This document shows, in pieces, positions 12,658 through 20,593 of a stretch of DNA of 24,000 bases. The position numbers were made by a program, and so were the translations under genes. Position 1 is the first letter of the stretch, and the number at the start of each line of letters is the position of its first letter. Source of the DNA: Nitrososphaerota archaeon (GTDB lineage Archaea > Thermoproteota > Nitrososphaeria_A > Caldarchaeales > Caldarchaeaceae); NCBI GenBank assembly GCA_041641305.1, contig JBEPYN010000001.1, forward strand, positions 353,660 to 377,659, read 5' to 3'. The notes below the pieces were generated by a model. That model was not told where the DNA came from, searched no databases, and worked only from the letters and a program-made list of their open reading frames with translations.

Positions 12658-15408
12658 GTGATCGGGAAAACTCAAGCATTAAGGGTTCTGGCTGCGTTGA
12701 TTTTGCCCTTGTTGTTGGTGGCTTTGGCCCCGACAGGCTTTGCCCAGTACACAGCACCGCACACTCGTCCAGGACCAGCCGCTGATGTCGTTGAATACAC
12801 TAGGGTGCCGTTGGACTTGGCTCCTGAAGCAGTTAAGCGTGGCGACATCGATATTTACCAATTTGGTCTAAGGGCGGCTCAGGCTAAAGCCCTTGTTGGA
12901 GATAGGGACATCAGACTTTACACAGCACCTTCAGGCGTTAACGATGTCATCGTCAACCCTGCACCAGCTCCCGAAGGCAAGCTTAATCCATTTTCAAACC
13001 AAAAAATACGATTCGCACTCAACTACATCTTCAACAGAGACTTCATGGTTAGAGACGTTTTCGGAGGCCTTGCCCTGCCCATGGTTACCTTCCTAAGCTC
13101 GGTAGACCCAGACTTCACCACGATCTTCGACATTATCGCGAAGTATGAGTTCAAGTATGACCCCGCTTTGGCAGCAGCCATTGTCGATGAGGAAATGCGA
13201 CAGATGGGTGCTGAAAAGATTGCTGGAAAATGGTACTATAACAGAGAGCCTGTGACTTTGAAGTTTATCATAAGAATTGAGGACGAGCGTCGGCAAATGG
13301 GTGACTCGTTCGCAAGCGAGTTGGAAAAACTTGGGTTCACTGTTGAGCGGATCTACCTTCCATTTGGTCCGGCTATTGAAATTATCTATGGCACGGACCC
13401 CGCTGAGTTTCAGTGGCACCTCTACACAGAAGGCTGGGGGAAACCGGGGGTAGACAAATACGATAGCACAAGCATTAATCAGTATAATGCGCCATGGTAT
13501 ACTTATATGCCCGGATGGGGTGAGTCTGGGTTCTGGCAGTACCAGAACGACCGAGCAGACGAATTAGGTCAGAGAATATTCACGGGCGAATTCAAAGATA
13601 AAGAGGAAAGGGATAGACTATACAGGGAGCTCGCTGAATTAGGAATATTGGAATCGGTTAGAATTTGGGGTGTCACCAGATTGGACGCCTACATCACGTC
13701 CGTTAATGTGGTCGGTGTAACTAACGATGTGGGTGCGGGGCTGCGGGCGTGGCACGTCATACGAAATGCCTACGTGCCCGGTAAAAGCACTCTCAAAGTT
13801 GGCCACCTATGGGTTTGGACTGAGAGAACAACATGGAACCCCGTGGGCGGCTTTGAAGACGTTTACTCGGTCGACACCGCGGCCAGTACGTGTGACCCCG
13901 CGATCGCCCTGCATCCTTTCAACGGTTTACCCATACCGATAAGAGCAGCCTTTGACGTGACAACCGCAGGCCCTGATGGAAAGCTTGACGTGCCATCCAA
14001 TGCAGTGGTATGGGATGCACAAAATGACAGATGGGTGCAGGTAGGCACAGGCGTGCAGGCAACAAGCAAAGTAACCTTCGACTACTCAGGATTCTTCAAC
14101 TCGAAATGGCACCATGGAATACAGATATCTCCAGCTGACCTTCTGTTCAATCTCGCGAGCTTATGGGACATCGTAGCAGACCCAGCAAAGTCTGAGCTAG
14201 AACCTGCCGTAGCCTCAGCGAACACCCCGCTCTTCGAAACTCTCAAAGGAATAAGAATCCTGTCCGACAACAGGGTGGAGGTATACATTGATTATTGGCA
14301 TTTCAATCCCAACTATATAGCTTCATTCGCCAACGTCTGGATCTCATCTTATCCATGCATGACAGTGCCTTGGGAGATACGTGCAGCCATGGATAGACTT
14401 GTCTTCGAGGAAAGGGCCTTCGCCTACACTGACTCGGCTTCAACGGCCAGAGGCGTTCCATGGCTTAGCCTCGTCTTAAGAGACCACGCTGCAGCAGTCG
14501 TTGAAACGGTCAACGCCATGAGAGCTGAAGGTTTCTTACCAGAGGGCTATTTCAGAGTAGGAGACAGTGTTTATGAGTCAGCCGAGGATGCGCAGGCAAG
14601 GTACAACGCTGTCCGTGACTGGTTCACCCGCTATGGGATTGTGTGGATAAGCAACGGGCCTTTCATGCTCACAGCGTTCGACAGCGCCGCCCAGTACCTA
14701 CGGCTGGAAGCCTTCAGAGACGAAACCTACCCGTTCAGACCTGGAGACAACTTCTGGGGACTCCCGCCGACGGTAAGCATCGTTAACGTGGGCAGGTCCA
14801 CCATCACACCAGGAGGCGAATCACTTCTACTACTGGATGTCGAGGGGCCAGCACCCCTCTACGCAAAATACCTTGTCAAAGACCCTGTAACAGGTGAGAT
14901 ACTGACAGTCGGGGAAGCAGAACGTGTAACGCCGACAAGATTCATCATCAGACTCCAGCCCGACTTCACCAGAACACTTAGACCGGGAGGACTCTACGAG
15001 TTCACTTTAGCAGCCTACAGCGACGAAGTCGCTGCAGTCGCATCAGTTAAAGAATTTGTCGACGTCCTCAACATAGAGCCCATCACCCAAAGCATAGAAG
15101 TGGTGAGTAAAGAGCTCCTCGACAGACTTGGACAGGTCTCAAGAGACCTCGCTCAGGCTCTCACGGGTGTGCAGTCAGCAATCAACACAGTCAATGAAAG
15201 AGTTGGAGGAGTCGACAATAGAGTCGGTAGAGTCGAGACAAGCGTAAACACGTTGTCATCATCTGTCACAACGGTCAACGAGAGTGTTTCACAGCTAGCC
15301 AACACAGCTTCAGCAATTCTGCTGACTGCTCAGATAGTTTTGGCGGTCTCAGTCATAGCGCTAATAATCTCCGTCATGGCGTTGCTGCGCAGGCCTAAAC
15401 CAAGCTAA
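12658..15408 (+). CDS. family-5 (OppA/DppA-like) ABC substrate-binding protein with signal peptide, C-terminal heptad stalk and TM anchor
   Basis: The GTG at 12658 gives (M)IGKTQALRVLAALILPLLLVALAPTGFAQY, which is signal-peptide-like. The body resembles peptide/nickel SBPs and the C-terminus has a hydrophobic anchor plus RRPKPS. The ORF-track start at 12589 was rejected; the GTG at 12619 is an alternative. Confidence 0.8.
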   Translation: MIGKTQALRVLAALILPLLLVALAPTGFAQYTAPHTRPGPAADVVEYTRVPLDLAPEAVKRGDIDIYQFGLRAAQAKALVGDRDIRLYTAPSGVNDVIVNPAPAPEGKLNPFSNQKIRFALNYIFNRDFMVRDVFGGLALPMVTFLSSVDPDFTTIFDIIAKYEFKYDPALAAAIVDEEMRQMGAEKIAGKWYYNREPVTLKFIIRIEDERRQMGDSFASELEKLGFTVERIYLPFGPAIEIIYGTDPAEFQWHLYTEGWGKPGVDKYDSTSINQYNAPWYTYMPGWGESGFWQYQNDRADELGQRIFTGEFKDKEERDRLYRELAELGILESVRIWGVTRLDAYITSVNVVGVTNDVGAGLRAWHVIRNAYVPGKSTLKVGHLWVWTERTTWNPVGGFEDVYSVDTAASTCDPAIALHPFNGLPIPIRAAFDVTTAGPDGKLDVPSNAVVWDAQNDRWVQVGTGVQATSKVTFDYSGFFNSKWHHGIQISPADLLFNLASLWDIVADPAKSELEPAVASANTPLFETLKGIRILSDNRVEVYIDYWHFNPNYIASFANVWISSYPCMTVPWEIRAAMDRLVFEERAFAYTDSASTARGVPWLSLVLRDHAAAVVETVNAMRAEGFLPEGYFRVGDSVYESAEDAQARYNAVRDWFTRYGIVWISNGPFMLTAFDSAAQYLRLEAFRDETYPFRPGDNFWGLPPTVSIVNVGRSTITPGGESLLLLDVEGPAPLYAKYLVKDPVTGEILTVGEAERVTPTRFIIRLQPDFTRTLRPGGLYEFTLAAYSDEVAAVASVKEFVDVLNIEPITQSIEVVSKELLDRLGQVSRDLAQALTGVQSAINTVNERVGGVDNRVGRVETSVNTLSSSVTTVNESVSQLANTASAILLTAQIVLAVSVIALIISVMALLRRPKPS

Positions 15409-15420
15409 ACCTTATTTCCC

Positions 15421-15427
15421 TTTTTTT
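15421..15427 (+). terminator. oligo-T tract (T7) 13 nt after the binding-protein stop; possible partial terminator and/or internal promoter
   Basis: CCCTTTTTTTATTCATTAAG lies between the stop at 15408 and the TTG at 15448. Oligo-T tracts are archaeal termination signals. Confidence 0.3.
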
Positions 15428-15447
15428 ATTCATTAAGTTGAGCCAGA

Positions 15448-16404
15448 TTGCATCTGGAGGTCAAAAACCTCACCCTGCATTACGAGACAAATAACGGTAT
15501 TGTTAAGGCGGTGAACTCGGTTAGCTTTAGCTTACAAAAGGGCGAGACCTTAGCAATTGTCGGTGAAAGCGGCTCCGGCAAATCCTCACTGGCATATGCG
15601 ATAATCAAGCTACTGCCCAAAAACATTGCAACATACGATGGGGAGGTTATCTTCAACGGCTTTAACATAGTCAGTCTTCCCGAGAACGAATTACGTAAGA
15701 GAGTGAGGGTTAACGGCATATCCATGGTATTCCAAGGAGCCATGAACACACTCAACCCAGTTCTCACTATTGGGGACCAAGTTGCCGACCCTCTGGTGAC
15801 CGGCCTCGGAATGAGTAGAAAAGAAGCTTTCAACAAAGCTGTAGAAGCCCTCTCCCTTGTGGGAATAAGGCGAGAATTCGCAAAACGGTATCCACATGAG
15901 CTTAGCGGAGGAATGAAACAACGCGTAGCCATCGCCATGGCCCTCGTCGTAGACCCACAGATAATAATCCTCGATGAACCGACGTCAGCCTTAGACATCA
16001 TAACCCAAGCAAACATAATGAACCTTCTGAAGAAACTGAAAAACGAACTTAAAAAAACATACATATTTATTACACATGACTTGGCCCTTGCAAGCGAACT
16101 CGCCGATAGAGTCGGCATAATGTATGCTGGAAGGCTAGTGGAAATAGGGCCAGCGGAGTCGGTTTTCATAAACGCGAAACACCCCTACACACAACTTTTG
16201 ATCGACAGCGTACCAACTCTGCGGGTGGACAAAGAGCCGAGGTTCATACCAGGCTCTCCACCAGACCTTATTAACCCCCCATCAGGCTGCCCGTTTCATC
16301 CCAGATGCCCATACATAATAAAAGGTAAATGCGAGACAGAAGAACCAACCCTAAAACAAGTCGGCGAAAACCACTACGCAGCATGTTGGCTGAACGAGAC
16401 ATGA
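15448..16404 (+). CDS. peptide ABC transporter ATP-binding protein (OppD/DppD-like)
   Basis: Walker A GESGSGKSS, signature LSGGMKQRV, Walker B IIILDEPTSALD, and the C-terminal oligopeptide-ABC extension KHPYTQLL...GCPFHPRCP. Confidence 0.9.
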   Translation: MHLEVKNLTLHYETNNGIVKAVNSVSFSLQKGETLAIVGESGSGKSSLAYAIIKLLPKNIATYDGEVIFNGFNIVSLPENELRKRVRVNGISMVFQGAMNTLNPVLTIGDQVADPLVTGLGMSRKEAFNKAVEALSLVGIRREFAKRYPHELSGGMKQRVAIAMALVVDPQIIILDEPTSALDIITQANIMNLLKKLKNELKKTYIFITHDLALASELADRVGIMYAGRLVEIGPAESVFINAKHPYTQLLIDSVPTLRVDKEPRFIPGSPPDLINPPSGCPFHPRCPYIIKGKCETEEPTLKQVGENHYAACWLNET

Positions 16405-17381
16405 ACCGAAAAGAACTCGTAAAAGTTGAAGGGTTGAAAGTCTACTTTCCCATCAGAAAACTTTTTAAAACCATCGGGTATGTCAGAGCAGTCGACAACG
16501 TTCAACTACACATAGATCGTATGGAGACTCTGGCTGTTGTTGGAGAGAGCGGCTCTGGAAAAACAACTCTTGGCAGAACAATACTCTGTTCAGTGAGGCC
16601 AACCGCTGGAAAGGTATTCTTCGACGGGGTTGAAATATCACGCCTTGACGAAAAAAGCCTTAAACCGTTTCGCAGAAGGATGTCAGCAGTATTCCAAGAC
16701 CCTTACTCAAGCCTAAACCCCATGTTCACAGTCTACAAGATAGTGGAAGAACCTCTCGTAGTACATCAAATAGGTACTCCAGAAGAAAGAAGAGAAAAAG
16801 TGTTCAAAGCTTTGTCTGACGTGAAGCTGACGCCGCCCGAAGACTTTGCATCCAAGTATCCACACCAAATTAGCGGAGGACAAAGGCAGCGCGTCGCCAT
16901 CGCACGGGCAATAATTTCCAACCCTGAGTTCATCGTAGCCGATGAACCAGTCTCAATGCTCGACGCATCAATCAGGGTGGAAATGCTTCTACTGCTAAAA
17001 GATCTTCAGACAAAATACGGGCTCTCAATCCTTTACATAACTCATGATATTGCTACGGCTAAGTATTTCTCTGATAGGATTGCTGTTATGTATGGTGGTA
17101 AGATTGTGGAGCTTGGCTCGACCAAGGATGTTCTAAGGAATCCTCTACATCCCTATACTCGGGCGTTGATTGAGGCTATTCCGGACCCGGACCCGCGTAA
17201 CAGGCTTGTCATGAGGAACGTCATCTCAGGTGAGCCGCCGAACCTAGCAAATCCTCCGACTGGGTGCAGGTTTCATCCACGCTGCCCCAAGTTCATCCAA
17301 GGCAAATGCGACTTAGAGGAGCCCGCGTCCTACAAAATAGAGGGCAGAGAGGTCTCTTGCTTCCTATATGAGACAGAATAA
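16401..17381 (+). CDS. peptide ABC transporter ATP-binding protein (OppF/DppF-like)
   Basis: Walker A GESGSGKTT, signature ISGGQRQRV, Walker B FIVADEPVSMLD, and LHPYTRAL...GCRFHPRCP. The ATG at 16401 overlaps the upstream stop as ATGA; the ORF-track start at 16329 was rejected. Confidence 0.9.
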   Translation: MNRKELVKVEGLKVYFPIRKLFKTIGYVRAVDNVQLHIDRMETLAVVGESGSGKTTLGRTILCSVRPTAGKVFFDGVEISRLDEKSLKPFRRRMSAVFQDPYSSLNPMFTVYKIVEEPLVVHQIGTPEERREKVFKALSDVKLTPPEDFASKYPHQISGGQRQRVAIARAIISNPEFIVADEPVSMLDASIRVEMLLLLKDLQTKYGLSILYITHDIATAKYFSDRIAVMYGGKIVELGSTKDVLRNPLHPYTRALIEAIPDPDPRNRLVMRNVISGEPPNLANPPTGCRFHPRCPKFIQGKCDLEEPASYKIEGREVSCFLYETE

Positions 17382-17410
17382 CTGATGCATGGTCATATTG
17401 TTTGCGGTGT

Positions 17411-18190
17411 TTAGCGGTAGGCCCATCCGACGAGACGTTTTTCGAGGAGTGCGAAGACGAGAAAGAGACTGATCCCTATGAAGGAGATTACGAGGAGGCC
17501 TGCGAAGACGAGTGGGACGTCGAAGCGTGATGACGCGGCTATCATGAGGTATCCTGTTCCCTCGTTGCTTGCCACTGATTCGGAGATGACTGCGCCGACG
17601 AATGCGAGGGTGGATGCCACTTTTAGTGAGCCGAAGAAATAGGGCATGGACCTCGGTATCCCAATTTTCGTGAATATCTGCGTCTTTGATGCGCCGAGGG
17701 AGCGTAGAACATCTCTTATCTCGGGCTCTATTGTGGCGAGTGCGACGGCGACGTTGACCACTATCGGGAAGAAGGAGATGAGGAAAGCTGTGAGAACCGC
17801 GGGCACTTTGCCTATGCCGAACCATATCACGAGAATCGGGACGATGGCCACTTTGGGGATTGTGTTGAAGGCTACGAGAAGAGGATACACGGCTCGGTAG
17901 ATTATGGCCGAGTATCCGACGGCAAGTCCCAGCAAAAGGCCGAAAACGATTGAGAGCCCGAAACCAATCAAGGTTGCTTCAAGGGTTGCGTAGGAGTGGC
18001 GAATGATGACGGGGAAGTTGGCGAGCATAACCTCTACTGTCCGAGAGGGGGAGGGCAGGATAAACTCGGGAATTGAAAACACTATCGTCACAAGCTCCCA
18101 TAGAGCGAAGAAGCCGGCGAAAACGGCTATCGGGAGAGCATACTCTTTTACGGCTGAGACAAACAGGGAGGAGAGAGACTGTTTCGACAT
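17411..18190 (-). CDS. NitT/TauT-family (nitrate/sulfonate/bicarbonate-type) ABC transporter permease
   Basis: Six hydrophobic segments and the motif LRSLGASKTQIFTKIGIPRSMPYFFGSLK, typical of SsuC/TauC-like permeases. The ATG directly follows the ATPase stop. Confidence 0.85.
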   Translation of the reverse strand: MSKQSLSSLFVSAVKEYALPIAVFAGFFALWELVTIVFSIPEFILPSPSRTVEVMLANFPVIIRHSYATLEATLIGFGLSIVFGLLLGLAVGYSAIIYRAVYPLLVAFNTIPKVAIVPILVIWFGIGKVPAVLTAFLISFFPIVVNVAVALATIEPEIRDVLRSLGASKTQIFTKIGIPRSMPYFFGSLKVASTLAFVGAVISESVASNEGTGYLMIAASSRFDVPLVFAGLLVISFIGISLFLVFALLEKRLVGWAYR

Positions 18191-18976
18191 CTACTTCACC
18201 TGGATCATTTCACGGAGCCTGTGCATCTGTTCGACGAAACGCTCCTCATATGTTATATCTATCTCTCTTGGACGCGGGTAGTCGGAGACCATCGAGCCAA
18301 TTACCGTCCCAGGCCTCTTGCTCATGACATAGATGACGTCTGACAGGTATATGGCTTCTCTGAGGTCATGAGTCACCATCAATACTGTGCATCGTGTCTG
18401 GAGCCAAACGTTTTGAAGCACGTTCCAGAGCTCTTCGCGGGTGAAGAGGTCGAGGGCTCCGAAAGGCTCGTCGAGCAACAGTATCTCGGGGTCATGTATG
18501 AGGGCTCTGCAGAGTGAGACACGCTGCTGCATTCCTCCCGAAAGCTCCCATGGCTTTTTGTCGGCGAACCCCTCGAGACCAACCAGCCTCAAAAGCCTCA
18601 AAGCTTTCTCGACGTAGGTTTTCCTGTTTTTCTGGAGCTGTGACCTATGTGGCTCTACCACCTCAAGTGGTAGGAGAATGTTCTCGAGCACGGTGCGCCA
18701 TGGGAGAAGCACCGGGTTCTGGAAAGCCATGCCAACAATCGGCAGAGGCTTCTCCACGCGTTTACCGTCAACATAGACCTCGCCCTCGGTCGGGCGTAGT
18801 AGACCAGACACGATTTTCAAGATTGTTGTTTTGCCGCATCCGCTGGGGCCTACTATAGACGTGAAACTACCCTTCTCAACCACTATGTTCACATTTCGGA
18901 GAGCCTCTAACTCGTTTAAGGTCCTGAACCCTGACTTGGAGACATACCTGAGGCTGACGTTTCTAAGCTCTATCAA
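18191..18976 (-). CDS. NitT/TauT-family ABC transporter ATP-binding protein
   Basis: Walker A GPSGCGKTT, signature LSGGMQQRV, Walker B LLLDEPFGALD, H-loop VTHD. TTG start. Confidence 0.9.
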   Translation of the reverse strand: MIELRNVSLRYVSKSGFRTLNELEALRNVNIVVEKGSFTSIVGPSGCGKTTILKIVSGLLRPTEGEVYVDGKRVEKPLPIVGMAFQNPVLLPWRTVLENILLPLEVVEPHRSQLQKNRKTYVEKALRLLRLVGLEGFADKKPWELSGGMQQRVSLCRALIHDPEILLLDEPFGALDLFTREELWNVLQNVWLQTRCTVLMVTHDLREAIYLSDVIYVMSKRPGTVIGSMVSDYPRPREIDITYEERFVEQMHRLREMIQVK

Positions 18977-18993
18977 GCGGTTCCCACAGAGAT

Positions 18994-18999
18994 AAAAAA
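18994..18999 (-). terminator. oligo-T tract (T6 on minus strand) between the binding-protein stop and the ATPase start
   Basis: The minus strand reads ...CACATTTTTTATCTC..., 16-23 nt upstream of the TTG at 18976. This parallels the arrangement at 15421-15427. Confidence 0.25.
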
Positions 19000-19010
19000 T
19001 GTGGATGTTT

Positions 19011-20057
19011 TTAGATTGTGCGCTCCTCTTTCGGCGGGAGGAACCTGTCGGTGAACACTTCGTCTACAGACGGTGTTCTCGGAAGACCGAATGCCTCTAC
19101 GACGCTTTTGATTGCTCTCTCGAGCCGTGCCTTGTCAACAGCCCCCAGCCCGTTTCTCCTAACCTCCTCCGTCACCATGTTGTCTCTGATGGCGAGTTTA
19201 AGCCTCTCAAGCTCCACGTTTCTGTCAACCAGCGGGTCACGTTGCTTTACATAGTCAGCGGCCATCTCGGGGTTGGCTATCACCTCCTTGAAAGCGCGGT
19301 TCACGGCTCTGACGAACTTTGCCACAGCGTCGGGATACCGCTCCACAAAGTCTTTCCTAACCATTATAGCGTTTCCATAAAGCTCGACACCGTAGTCGGT
19401 GTACTTGAATGCAACTATGTCGCCTGGGTTCACGTTTAAGGCGAGGAGGTTGAGGTAGCCTGTGAAGTAGAACCCTGTTATGGCGTCGACCTCGCCTTTT
19501 ACGAGTGAGGGTTCTCTCAACGGCGGCGACATGCTCACCCATTCAACCTTGTTGGGGTCTATGCCTGTTGCTTTGGCGAAGACTGGGAAAAGCCGCCTCG
19601 GAGCATCACCCTCAGGCGCCCCAATTTTCTTACCCTCCAGATCTTTAGGAGATTTGATTCCCTTGTCTTTCAGTGTGATCACGGAGTAGGGCGGGTTGTT
19701 TAGGACAACGTACACGGCTATCAATTCTTTACCCGGGTTCTTGACGTTGAATTCAATCATGGCGTCGAGGCTTCCGTAACCCATTTGATAAGCTCCAGAA
19801 GCAACTTTTGTGACTGCGTCGGCCGAGCCGTATCCTCTGTCCAGAATGACCGCCAAACCCTCCTGCGCAAAATATCCCTTCTCAAGAGCGACAACAAACG
19901 GTGCCTGCGGCCCCTGAATCGCCCAGTCGAGGACAAACTTTATCGACACAACCTCAGCTCTCTGCGGCGGCATCACGATGGGGCTGAGGAACAATCCAGC
20001 GACGAGGCCTATAACGAGGAAGACAACCGCAACACCTACAACCTTAACAGACACCAT
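19011..20057 (-). CDS. NMT1/THI5-like (SsuA/TauA-type) ABC substrate-binding protein with N-terminal TM anchor
   Basis: KFVLDWAIQGPQAPFVVALEKGYFAQEGL... is typical of NitT/TauT SBPs. The ATG at 20057 (MVSVKVVGVAVVFLVIGLVAG) is preferred over 20225 because TTATTTAG lies 27-34 nt upstream. Confidence 0.8.
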   Translation of the reverse strand: MVSVKVVGVAVVFLVIGLVAGLFLSPIVMPPQRAEVVSIKFVLDWAIQGPQAPFVVALEKGYFAQEGLAVILDRGYGSADAVTKVASGAYQMGYGSLDAMIEFNVKNPGKELIAVYVVLNNPPYSVITLKDKGIKSPKDLEGKKIGAPEGDAPRRLFPVFAKATGIDPNKVEWVSMSPPLREPSLVKGEVDAITGFYFTGYLNLLALNVNPGDIVAFKYTDYGVELYGNAIMVRKDFVERYPDAVAKFVRAVNRAFKEVIANPEMAADYVKQRDPLVDRNVELERLKLAIRDNMVTEEVRRNGLGAVDKARLERAIKSVVEAFGLPRTPSVDEVFTDRFLPPKEERTI

Positions 20058-20083
20058 GGCGCATCCACCTCTACTACTCAATC

Positions 20084-20091
20084 CTAAATAA
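20084..20091 (-). promoter_or_regulatory. TATA-like box (TTATTTAG on minus strand) for the NitT/TauT operon
   Basis: Lies 27-34 nt upstream of the ATG at 20057. The same A/T box read on the plus strand (CTAAATAA) would place a start site near 20115. Confidence 0.4.
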
Positions 20092-20113
20092 GCATTACGA
20101 GGGTTGAACATGA

Positions 20114-20140
20114 CTCCCAGCATGCAAAGCATGTTGGGAG
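20114..20140. promoter_or_regulatory. 27-nt inverted repeat (12-bp arms, AAA loop) in the divergent intergenic region
   Basis: CTCCCAGCATGC-AAA-GCATGTTGGGAG. 11 of 12 arm positions are Watson-Crick complementary, and the twelfth is a G.U pair if transcribed from the plus strand. Confidence 0.5.
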
Positions 20141-20187
20141 ACGTGGTACTGCTGTTTACATGTTGCGTAACGTCTTTAACCCACTCC

Positions 20188-20205
20188 ACATCACATTGGT
20201 GATGT
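20188..20205. promoter_or_regulatory. 18-nt perfect palindrome ACATCAC-ATTG-GTGATGT ending 1 nt before the HEPN start codon
   Basis: The 7-nt arms are exact reverse complements. Its position overlaps the expected transcription/translation start of the HEPN-MNT pair. Confidence 0.45.
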
Positions 20206-20206
20206 C

Positions 20207-20593
20207 TTGGGAACATGGGAAACATGGTTTGAGAAAGCGAGAAAATTCATCAAATATGCTGAGGATGATTATCGTCTGGGCCGGTATGATTCAGCCTCTT
20301 TTTTCGCACAACAATCCGTAGAAATGCTTCTCAATGGGTTGCTTTTAGAGAGGACAGGGGCAAGACCATTCACTCACTCCATTTCAGAGATGCTGAACAC
20401 GCTCTCTCTGGTGTATCAGAAGGATGTTCCACATGATGTTCTGGTCTGTGCGTCCAAGCTGGAGAGACATTATGCTGCGGCGAGATATCCTGACACCGGA
20501 GTAGTTCATTATAATGTGTGGGATGCCGAAGAAGCGCTGGAATGTATGAGGAGGATAATCAGGTATGTCGACGAGTTGGGCGAACATATCTAG
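20207..20593 (+). CDS. HEPN-domain protein (PF05168-like, partner of minimal nucleotidyltransferase)
   Basis: The pattern YDSASFFAQQSVEMLLNGLLL, RPFTHSISEML and LERHYAAARYPD matches the HEPN helical consensus (...aqQa.Ek.lK.ll...p.tH.l..L...y...RYp). TTG start; there is no in-frame ATG near the N-terminus. Confidence 0.8.
   Translation: MGTWETWFEKARKFIKYAEDDYRLGRYDSASFFAQQSVEMLLNGLLLERTGARPFTHSISEMLNTLSLVYQKDVPHDVLVCASKLERHYAAARYPDTGVVHYNVWDAEEALECMRRIIRYVDELGEHI

Noticed and set aside
15480-16169. 229-aa minus-strand ORF antisense to the OppD-like ATPase gene
   Set aside because: This is a shadow ORF opposite a gene with unambiguous Walker A/B and signature motifs. The translation has no recognisable features.
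17364-17825. 153-aa Arg-rich ORF on the minus strand in an alternative frame of the NitT/TauT permease gene
   Set aside because: The extreme Arg/Pro/Ser bias (RRRRTRHNRARDKR...) is typical of an out-of-frame reading. The permease frame carries the family motif.
20058-20206. Possible TPP riboswitch upstream of the NMT1/THI5-like binding protein (ThiY-like HMP transporters are often TPP-regulated in bacteria)
   Set aside because: I found no CUGAGA or ACCUGAUCUGGAUAAUGCCAGCG-like elements on the relevant strand, and the region is too short once the promoter is accounted for.
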